A DNA stretch of 64,000 bases from an uncultured virus (IMG/VR IMGVR_UViG_3300024289_000017) (lineage: Duplodnaviria; Heunggongvirae; Uroviricota; Caudoviricetes), in IMG/VR virus record IMGVR_UViG_3300024289_000017; one strand, given 5' to 3'. This document shows positions 18,564-26,880 of the stretch, one piece after another. Both the position numbers and the translations under genes were made by a program. A model generated the notes under the pieces. It saw nothing but the letters and a program-made list of their open reading frames with translations. It did no database searches and was not told the origin of the DNA. The first letter of the stretch is position 1; each line of letters starts with the position of its first letter.

Positions 18564-19442
18564 TTATTCTCCTAAAATTGTTTGAATGTAATCGCGTACT
18601 TCTGATTTAATTATACCATATAACCAGTTATAATGGTCACCATATTGTTTAATAGTTTCCATTGTACCTACTCCAGCGGCATGAAGTATGCTTGTTCTCA
18701 ATGGTTCTCCCGTAATTGGGTGATCAATATAAACAGAGTTGTCTTTTATGTAAAGATTTTTCCAACTCTCACAATGATCTTTTTCTCCCCACTGATTAAC
18801 TATACCATAAGTTACACCACTTCCCTCTCTATCAATTATTTCACTTGTATACTTATCTTTTGCATGAAATATATGATTCCAAGTATCTTGTTCATTACGA
18901 ATTAAGGGCCATGGTTTATAGGTAAAAGTTCTTCCATCACTTTGCTCAGCAACAAACTTATTAAAGTCTCTCCACTCATACCAAAATTGCTTATCATTTG
19001 AAGCAATAAATCCCGCATTAAGAAACTCATTTACACCTATCATTCCACCATCGCCATATGGTTCATAAAAAGGACTTACACAAGGTTGTGCTGATCCTGC
19101 TTTACCAAAGAAGTTATTGTTTCTAACTCCTATCAATTCTGCATTTGAATCAATAACTTTATCAAGACTACCAATACAAAAAGAGTCTGCATCAATATGA
19201 ATTACCATATCATAATCTTCAACTAAAGGAAGACATGTCACGACCATCATCCAATCAGAAAACCTAACATTTTCTGCACCAAGCCAAGGATATTCTTTTG
19301 TTATATTTTTTGTATCCTCTGTCCCAAAAATATGAAAGTCTATCTCCGGATGAAAATGATTGATGAGTTTTTGCAACTTATCTGGTCTTAGATAAGGTGC
19401 ATAGTCATCAGTACACCATGTAGAAACTGCAATCTTTTTCAT
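18564..19442 (-). CDS. GT-A fold glycosyltransferase (GT8-like)
   Basis: HIDAD DxD motif, LNAGF, EQDTWN, ILHAAG. Confidence 0.7.
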   Translation of the reverse strand: MKKIAVSTWCTDDYAPYLRPDKLQKLINHFHPEIDFHIFGTEDTKNITKEYPWLGAENVRFSDWMMVVTCLPLVEDYDMVIHIDADSFCIGSLDKVIDSNAELIGVRNNNFFGKAGSAQPCVSPFYEPYGDGGMIGVNEFLNAGFIASNDKQFWYEWRDFNKFVAEQSDGRTFTYKPWPLIRNEQDTWNHIFHAKDKYTSEIIDREGSGVTYGIVNQWGEKDHCESWKNLYIKDNSVYIDHPITGEPLRTSILHAAGVGTMETIKQYGDHYNWLYGIIKSEVRDYIQTILGE

Positions 19443-20062
19443 TTTATTTTTTTGAAGATAGATGTAAGTATATTTGGATATGAATGCTCGGTCTTACGAA
19501 TAGAGTCTTCAATATTTGTATGGTTAACATATTCATAATTTTGAGACTCAACAAAACTCCTCAAAGATTTTTCATCAAAATGCCAGAGGTGTTCATCTGG
19601 TCTTCTATGCTTCCAATTTTCAAACCATTCATCATTAAAATTATGACACCAAGGAACACTTATACAAATATAATCACACTGCAGTTTATCTAAAAAGTAA
19701 ATATCATCAAAATGTTCTAAAGAATCAAAGAAACTAATGACATCATAATGACTATCAAAGATATTATCTACAGTTTTAATTTTACTTGGCAAATTAACAC
19801 CACTAACATCATACCCAAAACAATTTGGAATTATTTCACTACATGTTTTTAAAAAACTTCCATTCCCGTATCCAACATCAAGAATAGAATTTGGAACTTT
19901 ACCTAGAGAACCTATAACAAATCCAAGTCTTAGATAAGACATATAGTTTGTCAATTCGCCATAAGAGTTATATCTAGTATCGACATATTTTTGATCATAT
20001 GTAATTGGTTTGCATATAATCTGTTTTATTACGCCATTATCATCTTTTTGATAGTTTTTCAT
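19439..20062 (-). CDS. Class I SAM-dependent methyltransferase
   Basis: ILDVGYGNG, FFDSLEH, EHLWHF. Confidence 0.85.
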   Translation of the reverse strand: MKNYQKDDNGVIKQIICKPITYDQKYVDTRYNSYGELTNYMSYLRLGFVIGSLGKVPNSILDVGYGNGSFLKTCSEIIPNCFGYDVSGVNLPSKIKTVDNIFDSHYDVISFFDSLEHFDDIYFLDKLQCDYICISVPWCHNFNDEWFENWKHRRPDEHLWHFDEKSLRSFVESQNYEYVNHTNIEDSIRKTEHSYPNILTSIFKKIK

Positions 20063-20838
20063 ATTTTTTGATCATATTCAACGATAACCCAACGATTATC
20101 ATTTAAATGGGAATTTACCAACAGCAATCCATTATCAGCTCTTAGATCATGAAAATAAAGATCTGCTTTTAAGTCTAAAGGTAAAGAATCAACTAGACAA
20201 AATACAGAACTTGGGGAAACATGAATCTCTGTAGCATTTTCAATGACTTTAATCCAATCTAATAGATTATCTGTTATATTATCTTTTATTTTTATGATTG
20301 TCAAGTCAGAGTTTTTGCCATTTCTCCAACCAAACATATCAAATTCATATTCATCGCTTGCACTTGATGAATCGTGTACAAGAATATAATTTTTTACATT
20401 CCCAACTACTTTTTCGTAAAGATCATCCGCTCCCTTTATTTGTTTTGGTAATTTGAAATTACTATATCTTTCCGAATAAAGAACTTCTGCTTGTTCATAA
20501 AACTGTCTCTCAAAATTTATTCCAACCCATTTTGGGGGGCATTGTTCTCTTTCCAGATAAGTATAAATGACTTTATCATAACCTATTTTAAGGTAATCAA
20601 ATTTAGTTTCAGAAGACCAATCAGAAACTTCTTTTTCAAGATTATCCCAATCATTATCAAATGCTTTTGGAATAATATTTGGGAAATCTTGATAGAGACA
20701 ATCTATTGTGTTATAAAACTTTTTTCTGCATGGTAAATATAAAGTCTCATACTTTTGTGCATAATGATGCACCATACCATTACAAAGAAAATGATCACCC
20801 AAACCAGGATGATGATGAAGAATTAAATTTTTTTTCAT
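20059..20838 (-). CDS. Putative glycosyltransferase (paralog 1)
   Basis: HHHPGLGDHFLCNG, NFERQFYEQA, IENATEIH.SPSS. Confidence 0.6.
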   Translation of the reverse strand: MKKNLILHHHPGLGDHFLCNGMVHHYAQKYETLYLPCRKKFYNTIDCLYQDFPNIIPKAFDNDWDNLEKEVSDWSSETKFDYLKIGYDKVIYTYLEREQCPPKWVGINFERQFYEQAEVLYSERYSNFKLPKQIKGADDLYEKVVGNVKNYILVHDSSSASDEYEFDMFGWRNGKNSDLTIIKIKDNITDNLLDWIKVIENATEIHVSPSSVFCLVDSLPLDLKADLYFHDLRADNGLLLVNSHLNDNRWVIVEYDQKI

Positions 20839-21644
20839 TACATTAAATGAGAGTATCTAACTATGTTCCAGCGATTAAATCCTGTTGCTAAACAATTTAT
20901 TTGCTGCATAGTGTTATATCGAATATCATGATAAAAAAGTTTGGCATTAATTTTAGTACATACACTATCAACAAGATGAAAAAATCCACTGTTTACACAA
21001 TGTATCTCTCTTGCATTTTCAATTAGTTTCATATAAGAAAGAACATTATTAGTTTGCCCCTTTTTAATTTCAATTACTTTGCTTGGAATTTTTTCATCAG
21101 GTCTCCAAGATGAAATTTCTATGGGATATTCATTTCTAAAACTTGAATTTTTATGAACTACAATGTAGTCATTATTATCACCAACTAATTTTTCATAGAC
21201 TTCATCAACATCAGGAATTTTTTTAGGCAAAACAAACTTTTCATATCTATCTTTATAAAACATATTTGCTTGTTCATAAAACTGTCTTTCAAAGTTTGGA
21301 GCAAACTTTTCTGGATATGCTTCACCTTCTCCTCTTGGAGTATTTTTCCTCATCATTTCTCGATAATTTAAGTTCTCAAACCCAAGTCTTATAATTGGGT
21401 ATCCCATCTGTTGAGCCCAAGGAAACATTTCTCTTTCAAGAGTTGCCCAATCATCATGAAAAGAATGAACAATAATATTTGGATAATCACTATACAAACA
21501 TTCTAAAGTTTCAAAATACCTATGATGAGTAGGGATATGCAAACGATCGGTCATTTTTACATATTCATGAACAATTGCATTACAAATGAAATGATCACCA
21601 AGTCCAGTATGATGATGAAAAACTAAATCAGAATATTTTTGCAT
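20838..21644 (-). CDS. Putative glycosyltransferase (paralog 2)
   Basis: HHHTGLGDHFICNA, NFERQFYEQA, IENAREIHCVNS. Confidence 0.6.
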   Translation of the reverse strand: MQKYSDLVFHHHTGLGDHFICNAIVHEYVKMTDRLHIPTHHRYFETLECLYSDYPNIIVHSFHDDWATLEREMFPWAQQMGYPIIRLGFENLNYREMMRKNTPRGEGEAYPEKFAPNFERQFYEQANMFYKDRYEKFVLPKKIPDVDEVYEKLVGDNNDYIVVHKNSSFRNEYPIEISSWRPDEKIPSKVIEIKKGQTNNVLSYMKLIENAREIHCVNSGFFHLVDSVCTKINAKLFYHDIRYNTMQQINCLATGFNRWNIVRYSHLM

Positions 21645-21645
21645 A

Positions 21646-22488
21646 TTAGTTTAGATTACCAAATTCATCAAATTGAAAAACATTATTGACACTTCCTCGA
21701 TAAAGATTCATCCATAAACCACAATTGCCCGTATGATTGACGACATATGAACATTCAGAAACACACCTAAGTGCAGAATCAAACCACTGCATCCAATCCA
21801 TAGTATCTTTCCCTTCGTTCTCCATTACAGTGTTCATTGCATCTGTACCGTAAGTCGAAGGAGTTTCTTCAAAGTGAATAACCATATCTCCAAGTTCATT
21901 TTTAAAATAATCTATAACTTGTGTCTGATCACTTTGAACTAAAACTTTTTTAGCAGAAGTTGCTTGTAAAAGTTGCTTAACCGCTATCAAATAATTTGAA
22001 GGATGCGATAAACGAACTTCAGTCCACTTATCAGTTCCTCTATAAAGAACAGAAATTGTTTCTGTAGGATTAATATTATATTTTTGCATTAAAAAATTTT
22101 TTCTTTCCAAAATTAAATCACTTGGATTAAAAAACTTATTAATTACTTGATTATAATATTCAAAATCATAAAGTCCAAATTGCTTTTTATTTTCGTCAGG
22201 CAAAGCAACTTTTTTAAACAACTTTACTTTTTTATTAAAATCAATTTTATAAAAATCTGGGAAAATATCACGATTCTCATCTTTTTTGAATCTCTTGAAT
22301 CCCATTGAATAATTAATTACATCAGGTTCTATACCATGACTTAATAAGATTAAGAGAGAAAGAAATGCTTGTGTTTGATTAGAATAAAACCCACAGTTCC
22401 ACATGCAATCCAGCTGATTCATTTCTGGATGATTAATCGAACTGCACCCCCCAGTAGATGCAGTATATTTACAATGTCGTAACTTCAT
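21646..22488 (-). CDS. NodZ/fucosyltransferase-like protein
   Basis: CGFYSN, VLYRGTDKWTE, VQSDQ, SECSYVV..TGN. Confidence 0.65.
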   Translation of the reverse strand: MKLRHCKYTASTGGCSSINHPEMNQLDCMWNCGFYSNQTQAFLSLLILLSHGIEPDVINYSMGFKRFKKDENRDIFPDFYKIDFNKKVKLFKKVALPDENKKQFGLYDFEYYNQVINKFFNPSDLILERKNFLMQKYNINPTETISVLYRGTDKWTEVRLSHPSNYLIAVKQLLQATSAKKVLVQSDQTQVIDYFKNELGDMVIHFEETPSTYGTDAMNTVMENEGKDTMDWMQWFDSALRCVSECSYVVNHTGNCGLWMNLYRGSVNNVFQFDEFGNLN

Positions 22489-23570
22489 TTTAATTCAATT
22501 TGAGTTTTAATCCAGTTATAAGTTTTACGAATACCCTCTTCAAGAGTTTGAGAGTAATCCCAACCTAGTTTTTCGCGAATAAGATCATTGTTAGAATTTC
22601 GACCACGAACACCTAGAGGACCATCAATATGATTTTTTTCTACAACTTTACCTGCGACTTTAGCAGCAGTATCTACTAGTTGATTAATAGTAACCATTTC
22701 TTCAGAACCAATATTCACAGGTCCAATAAAATCACTATCCATCAATCTGCGGGTTGCTTCGATACATTCATCAATATACAAGAAGGAACGAGTTTGTAAC
22801 CCGTCTCCCCACACCTCGATAGTTCCACCTTCCTCTGAAAGGTAGGCAACTTTACGGCAAATTGCTGCAGGAGATTTTTCCCTTCCCCCTTCCCAGGTTC
22901 CTTCAGGTCCAAAGATATTATGATACCGAGCAACCCGAACAGGGATCCCGTGATTACGAGAATAAGCGAAAAACAACCGCTCTGAGAAGAGTTTTTCCCA
23001 ACCATATTCAGAATCTGGTGCTGCGGGATATGCTGATTCTTCACGGCAATCTGGATTATTGGGATCAAGTTGATTATGTTCTGGATACATGCAAGCAGAA
23101 CTAGAATAAAAGATTTTAGTCTGATAGTCTAGAACAGGTCGAACACATTCAGTACCATTATCTACACCATTAAAAGTTTCATTAAACTGACGCTGTGCTT
23201 CAAGAACATTAAGATTAATGGTTGCAGAGTTATGCATGATGTCTGCATCATTTTCGCCAGTGAAAACAAATCCAGCACCACCCATATCTGCAGCAAACTG
23301 ATAAATCTCATGGAAAGGGCGAATGTAACGATAAGGGACTGAATTATAAAAATTACCCTGTTCGCCTTTGAATTCAAGGGTACATCGAACAAAACCCATG
23401 TCCCTCAAGTCTCCCAAAACAAATTCATCTGCTTCGGAAATTGAAAACTCGGGATACTTAATATCAACTCCACGGACCCAATATCCCTCAGACTTTAATC
23501 TCTTTACCATGTGACTTCCAATGAATCCACCAGCACCTAATACAAGTGCAGTTTTCTTATAATCACTCAT
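22485..23570 (-). CDS. GDP-mannose 3',5'-epimerase-like NAD-dependent epimerase
   Basis: GAGGFIGSH, FAADMGGAGF, YSSSACMYP, YGWEKL, GGREKSPAAICRK, GVRGRNS. Confidence 0.9.
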   Translation of the reverse strand: MSDYKKTALVLGAGGFIGSHMVKRLKSEGYWVRGVDIKYPEFSISEADEFVLGDLRDMGFVRCTLEFKGEQGNFYNSVPYRYIRPFHEIYQFAADMGGAGFVFTGENDADIMHNSATINLNVLEAQRQFNETFNGVDNGTECVRPVLDYQTKIFYSSSACMYPEHNQLDPNNPDCREESAYPAAPDSEYGWEKLFSERLFFAYSRNHGIPVRVARYHNIFGPEGTWEGGREKSPAAICRKVAYLSEEGGTIEVWGDGLQTRSFLYIDECIEATRRLMDSDFIGPVNIGSEEMVTINQLVDTAAKVAGKVVEKNHIDGPLGVRGRNSNNDLIREKLGWDYSQTLEEGIRKTYNWIKTQIELK

Positions 23571-23604
23571 AGATCAATAAATTTCTCTTAGTATATATTA
23601 TACA

Positions 23605-23635
23605 AAAAAAGAGGGGTTATGTAAACCCCTCTTTT
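23605..23635 (-). terminator. Intrinsic terminator overlapping a sigma70-type promoter for the glycan island
   Basis: aaaagaggggtt-atgta-aacccctctttt inverted repeat; TTTACA...TATAAT on minus strand. Confidence 0.6.
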
Positions 23636-23641
23636 GAAAAT

Positions 23642-24041
23642 TCAGGCTCGCCACCAATTCTTTGACTGGAAATTGGAAACCAGGCGGAGAAAGAATTCCC
23701 CATCCGCACCACTTGCTCTTGAGAGAAGCAAGAAACTCATAGGGGTCATTTGACTCCACCACTTAGTTTTGAGAAACTAAGAAAAGTTGGGTTAACTTTG
23801 ATATCTCGGTAATACCAAAGAATGCACATAAGAATAATACATCCCAAAGTTTTAGTTTAATAGCAAAAGGTATTGTGAGTAGTCCCCCAATAACTTTTAT
23901 CATTAAACCGTATTTAAATTCTCCCCACAACATAGTTTGATAACCAATTATAAGGAGAATGTTTCCAATCCACCGAAGCAAATCAGATTTAGACATAAGG
24001 GGTTTTGCTCCCGACCAGTGCTGTTAAAGTCCATCCGTGAC
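23642..24041 (-). ncRNA. Modular structured RNA (resembles cyanophage manA/wcaG-class motifs), interrupted by a small ORF
   Basis: Late promoter TAAATA, then hairpin modules each closing into TGGT(G/C); upstream of a WcaG-domain epimerase; family assignment from memory only. Confidence 0.55.
23763..23996 (-). CDS. Small three-helix membrane protein
   Basis: 77 aa, three hydrophobic segments. Confidence 0.6.
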   Translation of the reverse strand: MSKSDLLRWIGNILLIIGYQTMLWGEFKYGLMIKVIGGLLTIPFAIKLKLWDVLFLCAFFGITEISKLTQLFLVSQN

Positions 24042-24044
24042 TAT

Positions 24045-24284
24045 TTACTCATCATCATCTCTCACATAACAAGGAACACGATCTGGATCTAACCATTTCG
24101 CATATTCAATATCTTCCATTGCAGTAGAACATTGTAAAACATTATCAAAAAGATAAATGTCATTCCAGCGTTTGGTATACTCGTTTTGTTTTTGCATACG
24201 GTAATCAGGTTTACCGTTGATTTCAAGGATACCCGCCTCAATAAAGCGATATCCTTCTCGTTCAAGAAGAACTTTTGTCTTCAT
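24045..24284 (-). CDS. Hypothetical protein
   Basis: 79-aa ORF with ATGA overlap and GAGG RBS. Confidence 0.7.
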   Translation of the reverse strand: MKTKVLLEREGYRFIEAGILEINGKPDYRMQKQNEYTKRWNDIYLFDNVLQCSTAMEDIEYAKWLDPDRVPCYVRDDDE

Positions 24285-24496
24285 GCCACCTCTACAGATT
24301 CGAGATCAGCAAGAACATATTCCATAAGCATTTCATAGTCATCTAGAGGATCACCAGAGAATACTACACCTTCGTTCTCATAGTACCGACGAACCTTTTT
24401 GTAGAGTTTCGGATTCTTTACATCAAGGTAGAAGTCACCGTTTGCTGCTCCACGAAGAGTTTGGATGTCTTTCTTGAATTTTGCTGTGAGAGTCAT
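24281..24496 (-). CDS. Hypothetical protein (cyanobacteria/cyanophage type)
   Basis: MTLTAKFKKDIQTLRGAANG...GVVFSGDPLDDYEML; TTGACT-17-TATAAT promoter upstream. Confidence 0.7.
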   Translation of the reverse strand: MTLTAKFKKDIQTLRGAANGDFYLDVKNPKLYKKVRRYYENEGVVFSGDPLDDYEMLMEYVLADLESVEVA

Positions 24497-24572
24497 TGTT
24501 TTGAATGTTGACCTTAGTATTATAAGGGGTTGACTTGAAGAAGTCAAGGTGGACAGTAGAGTTTCTGTCCTA

Positions 24573-24645
24573 TGCTCGTCAGGGGAATCTAACCCCTCTT
24601 CGGCGCTTTATGAGAACGCTGCATTCGACAGATTGCTAGACGAGC
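24573..24645 (-). tRNA. tRNA-Met(CAT), non-initiator, atypical T loop
   Basis: Acceptor GCTCGTC/GACGAGC, anticodon loop CT-CAT-AA, T arm AGGGG-TTAGATT-CCCCT. Confidence 0.75.
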
Positions 24646-25079
24646 GTTTGTAAAAATTGATTCCAAGAATTTCCATTATGGAGTTCTTGATGACAATTAT
24701 GACATAAAAGATCACACTTGTCTATTTCTTCTTTTAGAGTTTCATACTTTGTATTTCCAAATCTTCTAGCATCAAGATTTAGTTCTTTTTGTGATGGATC
24801 TCTATGATGAAAGCACAGCATTGCTGGTCTGTTTTCACCACACTGTTGACATTTTCCACCTTTATTTTGAATTGCTTCCCATTTTCTTTCATAAGAAACT
24901 CTTTTTTGTCTTTCGTAAGTGTTTCTTTGTACTTGTTTAGGTTTATAGTTTGTGTCGTTTTTATAACGCCATCTTTGTCTACAAGCATTGCTACACCATT
25001 TTTTTAGTCGTCCTTTTGTGACTCTTTCATTTAATATATCACAACCACAATTATGACAGGTAGATATTAAAGTAAACAT
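24636..25079 (-). CDS. HNH endonuclease with N-terminal Zn finger
   Basis: CHNC...WCSNAC; KCQQCG...LCFHHRDP...KCDLLCHNCHQELH. Confidence 0.88.
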   Translation of the reverse strand: MFTLISTCHNCGCDILNERVTKGRLKKWCSNACRQRWRYKNDTNYKPKQVQRNTYERQKRVSYERKWEAIQNKGGKCQQCGENRPAMLCFHHRDPSQKELNLDARRFGNTKYETLKEEIDKCDLLCHNCHQELHNGNSWNQFLQTLV

Positions 25080-25125
25080 ATTGGTGTTATGAATATATAC
25101 ATAATTATTTATAAAAATTATGTAA

Positions 25126-25197
25126 TGGGAATACTGGGAGTTGAACCCAGACTAAGCCCTTATAAGGAGCCCGCTCTAACCATTAAGCTATACTCCC
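25126..25197 (-). tRNA. tRNA-Ile(TAT)
   Basis: GGGAGTATAGCTTAATGGTTAGAGC, anticodon arm GGCTC-CT TAT AA-GGGCT, T arm CTGGG-TTCAACT-CCCAG. Confidence 0.85.
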
Positions 25198-25236
25198 CTG
25201 AATCCAGATCTATAATAGCGGATCTGGAACGCTTTG

Positions 25237-25467
25237 TCAAGAACCTTCTTCGTGGTCGGTGTGTATTCGTATCACATCGTCGTCCACATCAGATTCTACT
25301 GCAAACTTTATGGTTTCGTTGTATGGAACAATCACTGCGCTTCTTTCTCCATCAGTAATAATAAACGATTCACCATTTTCTACTCTTTGTATTAGATTGT
25401 CAAAATCTGCTTGAAACTCTTCAACCGTAAATTTTTGGAGATCTGAAAGTTCTGGATACATTTTCAT
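25237..25467 (-). CDS. Phd/YefM antitoxin-like protein
   Basis: FTVEEFQADFDNLIQRVENGESFIITDGERSAVIVPY matches the Phd/YefM N-terminal pattern. Confidence 0.65.
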   Translation of the reverse strand: MKMYPELSDLQKFTVEEFQADFDNLIQRVENGESFIITDGERSAVIVPYNETIKFAVESDVDDDVIRIHTDHEEGS

Positions 25468-25485
25468 AAAGTGAAGTTTTATGAG

Positions 25486-25559
25486 TCGGGGTGACAGGAT
25501 TCGAACCTGCGACCCTCTGCTCCCAAAGCAGATGCGCTACCAAGCTGCGCTACACCCCG
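25486..25559 (-). tRNA. tRNA-Pro(TGG)
   Basis: CGGGGTGTAGCGCAGCTTGGTAGCGC...TCTGC-TT TGG GA-GCAGA...GGTTCGAATCC. Confidence 0.95.
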
Positions 25560-25676
25560 TTACTTGTTTTTGTGTATGTACATAATACCAGCAAAAGGTA
25601 CAACTGTCAATCCCATTCCACAAAGAAAAAGAAAGAAAGGACTTGCTGCTAGGGTTTCAACCAAGTGGAAAATCAT
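25560..25676 (-). CDS. Small membrane protein (38 aa)
   Basis: MIFHLVETLAASPFFLFLCGMGLTVVPFAGIMYIHKNK; contains TTGACA-17-TATTAT promoter for tRNA-Pro. Confidence 0.5.
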   Translation of the reverse strand: MIFHLVETLAASPFFLFLCGMGLTVVPFAGIMYIHKNK

Positions 25677-25873
25677 CTTCCTCTCCAGTTCTTGTATTCA
25701 TAATACATGTATTGGTCAACTTCGTCAAGTCCTTGTAAAGGGGCGTTAACATTCCAAATAGACCATTCTTTGCAAAACTGTTTAATATCTATATTGTTTA
25801 CAATATTGTGCCCATACATTCTCACAAAAGAAGACATTGCAAAATTGTATCTTTGTTTATTTGACATATGCAT
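25673..25873 (-). CDS. Hypothetical protein
   Basis: 66-aa ORF in a chain of overlapping small genes. Confidence 0.6.
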   Translation of the reverse strand: MHMSNKQRYNFAMSSFVRMYGHNIVNNIDIKQFCKEWSIWNVNAPLQGLDEVDQYMYYEYKNWRGR

Positions 25874-26060
25874 AATTAAGTCCCCAATAAATCCACAAAC
25901 TAATTGTAGAAAAATATATTAAGGATAATACAAAAAGTGTTTTAGTCATCTTCTTCGTCCTCGTAAGTTGATGGTTCTTCAAAGAGTTCATCCATTTTCT
26001 GTTGAAAAACTCTTTGGTATAGTTCTTGTAAGTCTTCTTCGGTGAATCTTACCATTCTCT

Positions 26061-26261
26061 CTATAAGGATATTTTTAACCAGGGTAATAGAGGAGGAATA
26101 ACACCAACTAATCTTAAAAGTCCCTCAGCAAATAAAGCAAGAACCACCCAACCGACGCACATACTAATGATAGAAGCATTACGGTTGTGTCTTCTGATAG
26201 CATCATCGATCATCTCCTGAACTTCAGAACGGGTAATAAACTCTTCTTGTTCGTGCATCAT
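26061..26261 (-). CDS. Hypothetical membrane protein
   Basis: 66 aa with C-terminal TM helix. Confidence 0.65.
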   Translation of the reverse strand: MMHEQEEFITRSEVQEMIDDAIRRHNRNASIISMCVGWVVLALFAEGLLRLVGVIPPLLPWLKISL

Positions 26262-26407
26262 TTCTCGTCTCCAAGAAACTTTGCAAGAGGATCTTTGCGG
26301 GTTTTTAAAATCTCACATGCTCTATAATAAAACATATTATTGGTGTTACCAGAGGCTTCAAAAGTTGCCTTGATCTTCACCCAATTTTCATAGGTGTGTT
26401 GATCCAT
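26258..26407 (-). CDS. Hypothetical protein (49 aa)
   Basis: MDQHTYENWVKIKATFEASGNTNNMFYYRACEILKTRKDPLAKFLGDEK; manual translation. Confidence 0.6.
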   Translation of the reverse strand: MDQHTYENWVKIKATFEASGNTNNMFYYRACEILKTRKDPLAKFLGDEK

Positions 26408-26520
26408 AGGTTTGTCCCTGTGATACTATTATATACTAATCACAGACACTTCAAAGTCAACTTTTTGTGTTCATATCGTAACACTGTTGAAGAAATTATT
26501 AAATTTGTAAGTTATCTTAA

Positions 26521-26603
26521 CGGAAAGAACAGGAATCGAACCTGCGAGGGCGTTAACCCCAGCCGCTTTCAAGGCGGTGTCCTCGACCAACCGGACTCTT
26601 TCC
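26521..26603 (-). tRNA. tRNA-Ser(TGA)
   Basis: Anticodon arm ACCGC-CT TGA AA-GCGGC, long variable arm, GGTTCGATTCC. Confidence 0.9.
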
Positions 26604-26613
26604 AGTAATAGGT

Positions 26614-26865
26614 TCAACGAACCTCAAAATCCAAACGCTTTACTTTGCGTTGGCGTCTTGCCTCTTGCCAGGCAATATCTTGTGAAGTCAGAACATTTGA
26701 TTTTTGTTCTTTCTGAATAGAGTTTAGCATAACAATACGAGATAAGTCAACTGCTGAAACTTTATCTCCACGGATCGTTGCCATATTAGGACATCCACAA
26801 GTGACTGTTTTTGATGGGTGTCCTGTTAATTCTTTATTGCAATCTTTGCATCTTATTGAAATCAT
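26614..26865 (-). CDS. Small Zn-binding hypothetical protein
   Basis: CKDC...CGCPN. Confidence 0.7.
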   Translation of the reverse strand: MISIRCKDCNKELTGHPSKTVTCGCPNMATIRGDKVSAVDLSRIVMLNSIQKEQKSNVLTSQDIAWQEARRQRKVKRLDFEVR

Positions 26866-26880
26866 TATTCTTCATCCTAT

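Noticed and set aside
23642..23790. Possible CRISPR-like or guide-RNA array
   Set aside because: Only three to four degenerate modules, no identical repeats with fixed-length spacers, and no effector gene nearby; kept as structured RNA
25940..26056. Small acidic ORF (MVRFTEEDLQELYQRVFQQKM...) as NblA
   Set aside because: Too short and lacks the N-terminal LSLEQ.F helix; resemblance is weak
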